A stretch of DNA of 64,000 nt from Minisyncoccia bacterium (GTDB lineage: Bacteria; Patescibacteriota; Minisyncoccia; Phycocordibacterales; UBA918), in the NCBI GenBank assembly GCA_046293175.1, contig JBKBPM010000001.1, positions 593,408 through 657,407 on the forward strand, in the 5' to 3' direction. Under the pieces are notes generated by a model that was not told the origin of the DNA, did not search any database, and worked only from the letters and a program-made list of their open reading frames with translations. Position numbers and translations under genes: made by a program. This document shows, one piece after another, positions 61,008 through 64,000 of the stretch; positions within the stretch are counted from its first letter, which is position 1, and the number at the start of each line of letters is the position of its first letter.

Positions 61008-62075
61008 TTAGATAAGCCGCTCAAGGCCTTTTGGATTAGATGAGTGGAGAAAAGCATTTTCGACCGTAATCTCCCCTTTTTGTACCAGCTGAGCAAGCAC
61101 TCGATTCATGTCAATCATACCGTGCTCCAGGCCCGTTTCAATCACCGAGTAGATTTCGTGGACGCGACGTTCACGAATCAAGTTCGAGACGGCCGTGTTG
61201 TTCACCATCAGCTCGTAGGCCGGCACAAGTCCACCAGCAATGCGCGGGATGAGTCGTTGTGAGAACACCCCAATAAGCGATGAAGCGAGCTGGGTACGAA
61301 TCTGATCTTGCTGAGCCCCCGGGAAGGAGTCAATGATACGGTTAATAGTCTGCGCAGCATCGTTCGTGTGAAGCGTAGCATATACTAAGTGACCAGTTTC
61401 AGCAGCAGTGACCGCAGTCGCAATCGTATCAGGACTACGCATTTCACCAATAAGAATCACGTCGACGTCCTGTCGAAAGACGGCGTGTAAGGCAGTTTCA
61501 AAACTATCAGTATCAATCCCCACTTCACGTTGATCGATTATCGCCTTCTGCGGTGTGTAGATGTATTCAATTGGGTCTTCGATAGTAACAATGTGATCAG
61601 CACGCTTTTGGTTGATACGATTCACCATCGCCGCAAGCGTCGTAGACTTACCTTGACCAACCGGACCAACACACAAGAAGAAGCCTTGGGTTCGCTCGGT
61701 AAAACTATCAAGAATTGGCGGTAGATTGAGTTCTTCGAGACTCAAGATGACATTAGGAATGAGACGAAGCACAATTGATGGACTACCCTTTTGGTGGAAA
61801 GCATTACCACGAAAACGCACTTTGCCAGCTGCTTCATATGAGAAGTCAACTTCTTGGTGGTTTTGTAACCGTTCTAAAAAATCTGGTCGCATCAAAACTT
61901 TAGCAAAAGCGAACACATCGACGTCGGTGAGAATGGGTTTACGCAAAAGTGGAATCAAAGAACCGCTCACTCGAATAGTTGGATGATTACCTACCGACAG
62001 GTGTAAATCGGATCCGTGTTCATTGACCACCGACGCGATTAGGAGTTCGAGCTCTTTTTTATAATCTACTGCCAT
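61008..62075 (-). CDS. pilT: Pilus retraction ATPase PilT
   Basis: SDLHL, GPVGQGKSTT, TIEDPIE, QREVG, AAETGHLV and an AIRNLIRE-like AVSNLIRE. Confidence 0.93.
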   Translation of the reverse strand: MAVDYKKELELLIASVVNEHGSDLHLSVGNHPTIRVSGSLIPLLRKPILTDVDVFAFAKVLMRPDFLERLQNHQEVDFSYEAAGKVRFRGNAFHQKGSPSIVLRLIPNVILSLEELNLPPILDSFTERTQGFFLCVGPVGQGKSTTLAAMVNRINQKRADHIVTIEDPIEYIYTPQKAIIDQREVGIDTDSFETALHAVFRQDVDVILIGEMRSPDTIATAVTAAETGHLVYATLHTNDAAQTINRIIDSFPGAQQDQIRTQLASSLIGVFSQRLIPRIAGGLVPAYELMVNNTAVSNLIRERRVHEIYSVIETGLEHGMIDMNRVLAQLVQKGEITVENAFLHSSNPKGLERLI

Positions 62076-62082
62076 ATATACA

Positions 62083-62454
62083 CTAGCCACCAGTAACAAT
62101 TTCTTCTACCCGCTTTACCACCTCACTTGGAATTGACTGAGCTTTGATAATATAGCCAATTGCTCCAGCCGCCTTGGCTTCTTCAATATCTTGATCCTGT
62201 CCTTGGTTTGAGAGCACAATAAACTTGTACTTGCGGTCAGGGTGGATTTTGCCAAGTTCTATCATCATCTCGATACCCGTCATACCCGGCATAATCATAT
62301 CGACAATAACCAAATCAAACGAATCACCTTGTTCAATAATACGAAGTCCGTCCGCTGCGTGAACAGCCGTAGTTACCTCGTGTCCACACTCAACAAACTT
62401 GGTGGCATACATGTCACGCAAAAACGTGTCATCATCGACGAGTAGTATTTTCAT
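62083..62454 (-). CDS. Single-domain response regulator (CheY-like)
   Basis: LLVDDD, DMIMPGMTG, LSN and YIIK. Confidence 0.9.
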   Translation of the reverse strand: MKILLVDDDTFLRDMYATKFVECGHEVTTAVHAADGLRIIEQGDSFDLVIVDMIMPGMTGIEMMIELGKIHPDRKYKFIVLSNQGQDQDIEEAKAAGAIGYIIKAQSIPSEVVKRVEEIVTGG

Positions 62455-62457
62455 TAC

Positions 62458-64000
62458 TTATAGTATAGCCTCTCCGGTGGCAGCAGGACTTGGGTTATCG
62501 ACATCTCCGATTGAAGTCGCGTTGATATCCTCAATCCCCACTTTCGTACCGAAGTTATTCATTTCTTCAAACGGAATCTTGTGATTAAGGGCTTTGATCA
62601 TGGCATCTTCTTGCATAGACATAAAGCCATGCTGGCGCGCTTCGTTATATATCTGTTCCTCAGACGCCCCCTTCAATATCATTCTCTGAATAGCTTCATT
62701 AACTTCCAGTACCTCCATAATCGCCACTCGACCCTTCAGTCCTGAAGTACTCCCTGGACTCGCAACCGGATGGAGCATTGTACGGTTTTGCGGGATACGA
62801 TTACGGTATTTTTCAGGCAATGTTTTGAAAGTGTCCTCAATGCGATATTTCATACTCTCATCGAGTGCTTCTTCACGACCAGTACCTGCTTTGATGCGGC
62901 GGGCAAGTCGCTGCGCAATGGCAAGCTTTAAGGTTGGTGCAATAAGGTAAGGGTCAACACCCATATCGATTAGACGTGGTACCACACCGATCGCGTTATT
63001 CGTGTGAATGGTTGATAGTACGAGGTGACCAGTAAGTGCTGCTTGAATGGCGAGTTGTGCTGTCTCTTTATCGCGGATTTCCCCCACCATGATAATGTCT
63101 GGGTCCTGACGGAGAGCCGCACGTAGACCGGTAGCAAATGTATACCCGATTTCTGGTCGTACTTGTGACTGACTTACCCCTTCGATGTCGTATTCAACCG
63201 GATCTTCCAGCGAAAGAACATTTTGCGTCGCCTTATCAAGCTCAGCAAGCATCGCGTAGAGCGTGGTCGATTTACCCGAACCAGTTGGACCAGAAATCAA
63301 GATGATACCGTATGGTTCTTTGAGCATTCGCTTAATAACATCAAGATGGTGTCCATCGACCCCGACATCCTCCAAGGTACGAATACCTTTTTCGTTATCG
63401 AGAATACGCATTACCACCTTTTCACCATGACTCGTTGGCAGTATCGACACACGAAAGTCAATCTTGCGACCATCAAAGGTAGCTGAGAAGCGACCGTCTT
63501 GCGGTTTACGCCGTTCATCGAGACGCATCGATGAGAGAATCTTGATACGGGCTGATACTGCTAGCTGTACATTCTTCGGAAGTTCAAGGCTCGTTTGAAG
63601 CACACCGTCCACCCGAAAACGCACCACTACTTTTTTATCAGTTGGTTCGATATGTATATCTGAGGCATTTCCATCAATTGCGTAGCGCAGGATAGTGGCT
63701 ACAATTTTAGTGACTGGTGCATCCTCCTTCATGTGTTCCATCACATCAGCTGGCTCATCAACATCACCGCCTACAGATTTTTTATCAATAGTGACATCTA
63801 GTTCACCCTCAAGTGAATCAAGAGCGTCATTTACATCAGCTTTAATATTCGCATAAAATGCCTGGGCCTTTTTGATTTCTTCAGGCATCAAGTAGACAAG
63901 CTTGTACGGTAGGTTGTGCTTGGTGCTAATGAAGTTCAAAACCTCACGGAGCTGTAAATCGTCTGGATTATGTACACCAACTAACAGAACACCATTTTCG
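62458..64000 (-). CDS. pilB: Pilus assembly ATPase PilB; start lies beyond the right edge
   Basis: ASDIHIEP, GPTGSGKSTT and RQDPDIIMVGEIRD; frame open to the window edge. Confidence 0.92.
   Translation of the reverse strand, partial: ENGVLLVGVHNPDDLQLREVLNFISTKHNLPYKLVYLMPEEIKKAQAFYANIKADVNDALDSLEGELDVTIDKKSVGGDVDEPADVMEHMKEDAPVTKIVATILRYAIDGNASDIHIEPTDKKVVVRFRVDGVLQTSLELPKNVQLAVSARIKILSSMRLDERRKPQDGRFSATFDGRKIDFRVSILPTSHGEKVVMRILDNEKGIRTLEDVGVDGHHLDVIKRMLKEPYGIILISGPTGSGKSTTLYAMLAELDKATQNVLSLEDPVEYDIEGVSQSQVRPEIGYTFATGLRAALRQDPDIIMVGEIRDKETAQLAIQAALTGHLVLSTIHTNNAIGVVPRLIDMGVDPYLIAPTLKLAIAQRLARRIKAGTGREEALDESMKYRIEDTFKTLPEKYRNRIPQNRTMLHPVASPGSTSGLKGRVAIMEVLEVNEAIQRMILKGASEEQIYNEARQHGFMSMQEDAMIKALNHKIPFEEMNNFGTKVGIEDINATSIGDVDNPSPAATGEAIL

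Overview
Bacterial chromosome segment that looks like Patescibacteria/CPR (Parcubacteria-like). This is inferred from two type IV pilus clusters, little biosynthesis beyond pyrG, a short RF2 and mostly CCA-less tRNA genes. Housekeeping content: rnpB, mgtE, an rlmB-like methylase, mltG, pyrG, ftsEX, prfB, gatCA, ligA and six tRNAs. It also has a Zur/ZIP zinc module with two operator boxes, an extracytoplasmic Met-repair operon (CcdA-MsrA-MsrB fusion plus Met-rich thioredoxin) and an IS200-type Y1 transposase. A ~16 kb island (about 26.5-42.75 kb) lies beside tRNA-Gln, with matching sequence blocks at both ends. It carries a CBASS-like operon (SMODS/AGS-C nucleotidyltransferase, SLATT effector, extra membrane gene), a capsid-less ParB-methylase/TerS/TerL/large serine recombinase module and a copper-resistance cargo. 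The most unusual signal is non-coding. Four different tRNA genes are each followed by a terminator, then an inverted copy of that tRNA's own 3' end split by a ~25-nt hairpin near the T-stem/acceptor junction, then a hairpin with a GNA mini-hairpin-like loop. All protein calls come from motif recognition by eye; no database searches were run.
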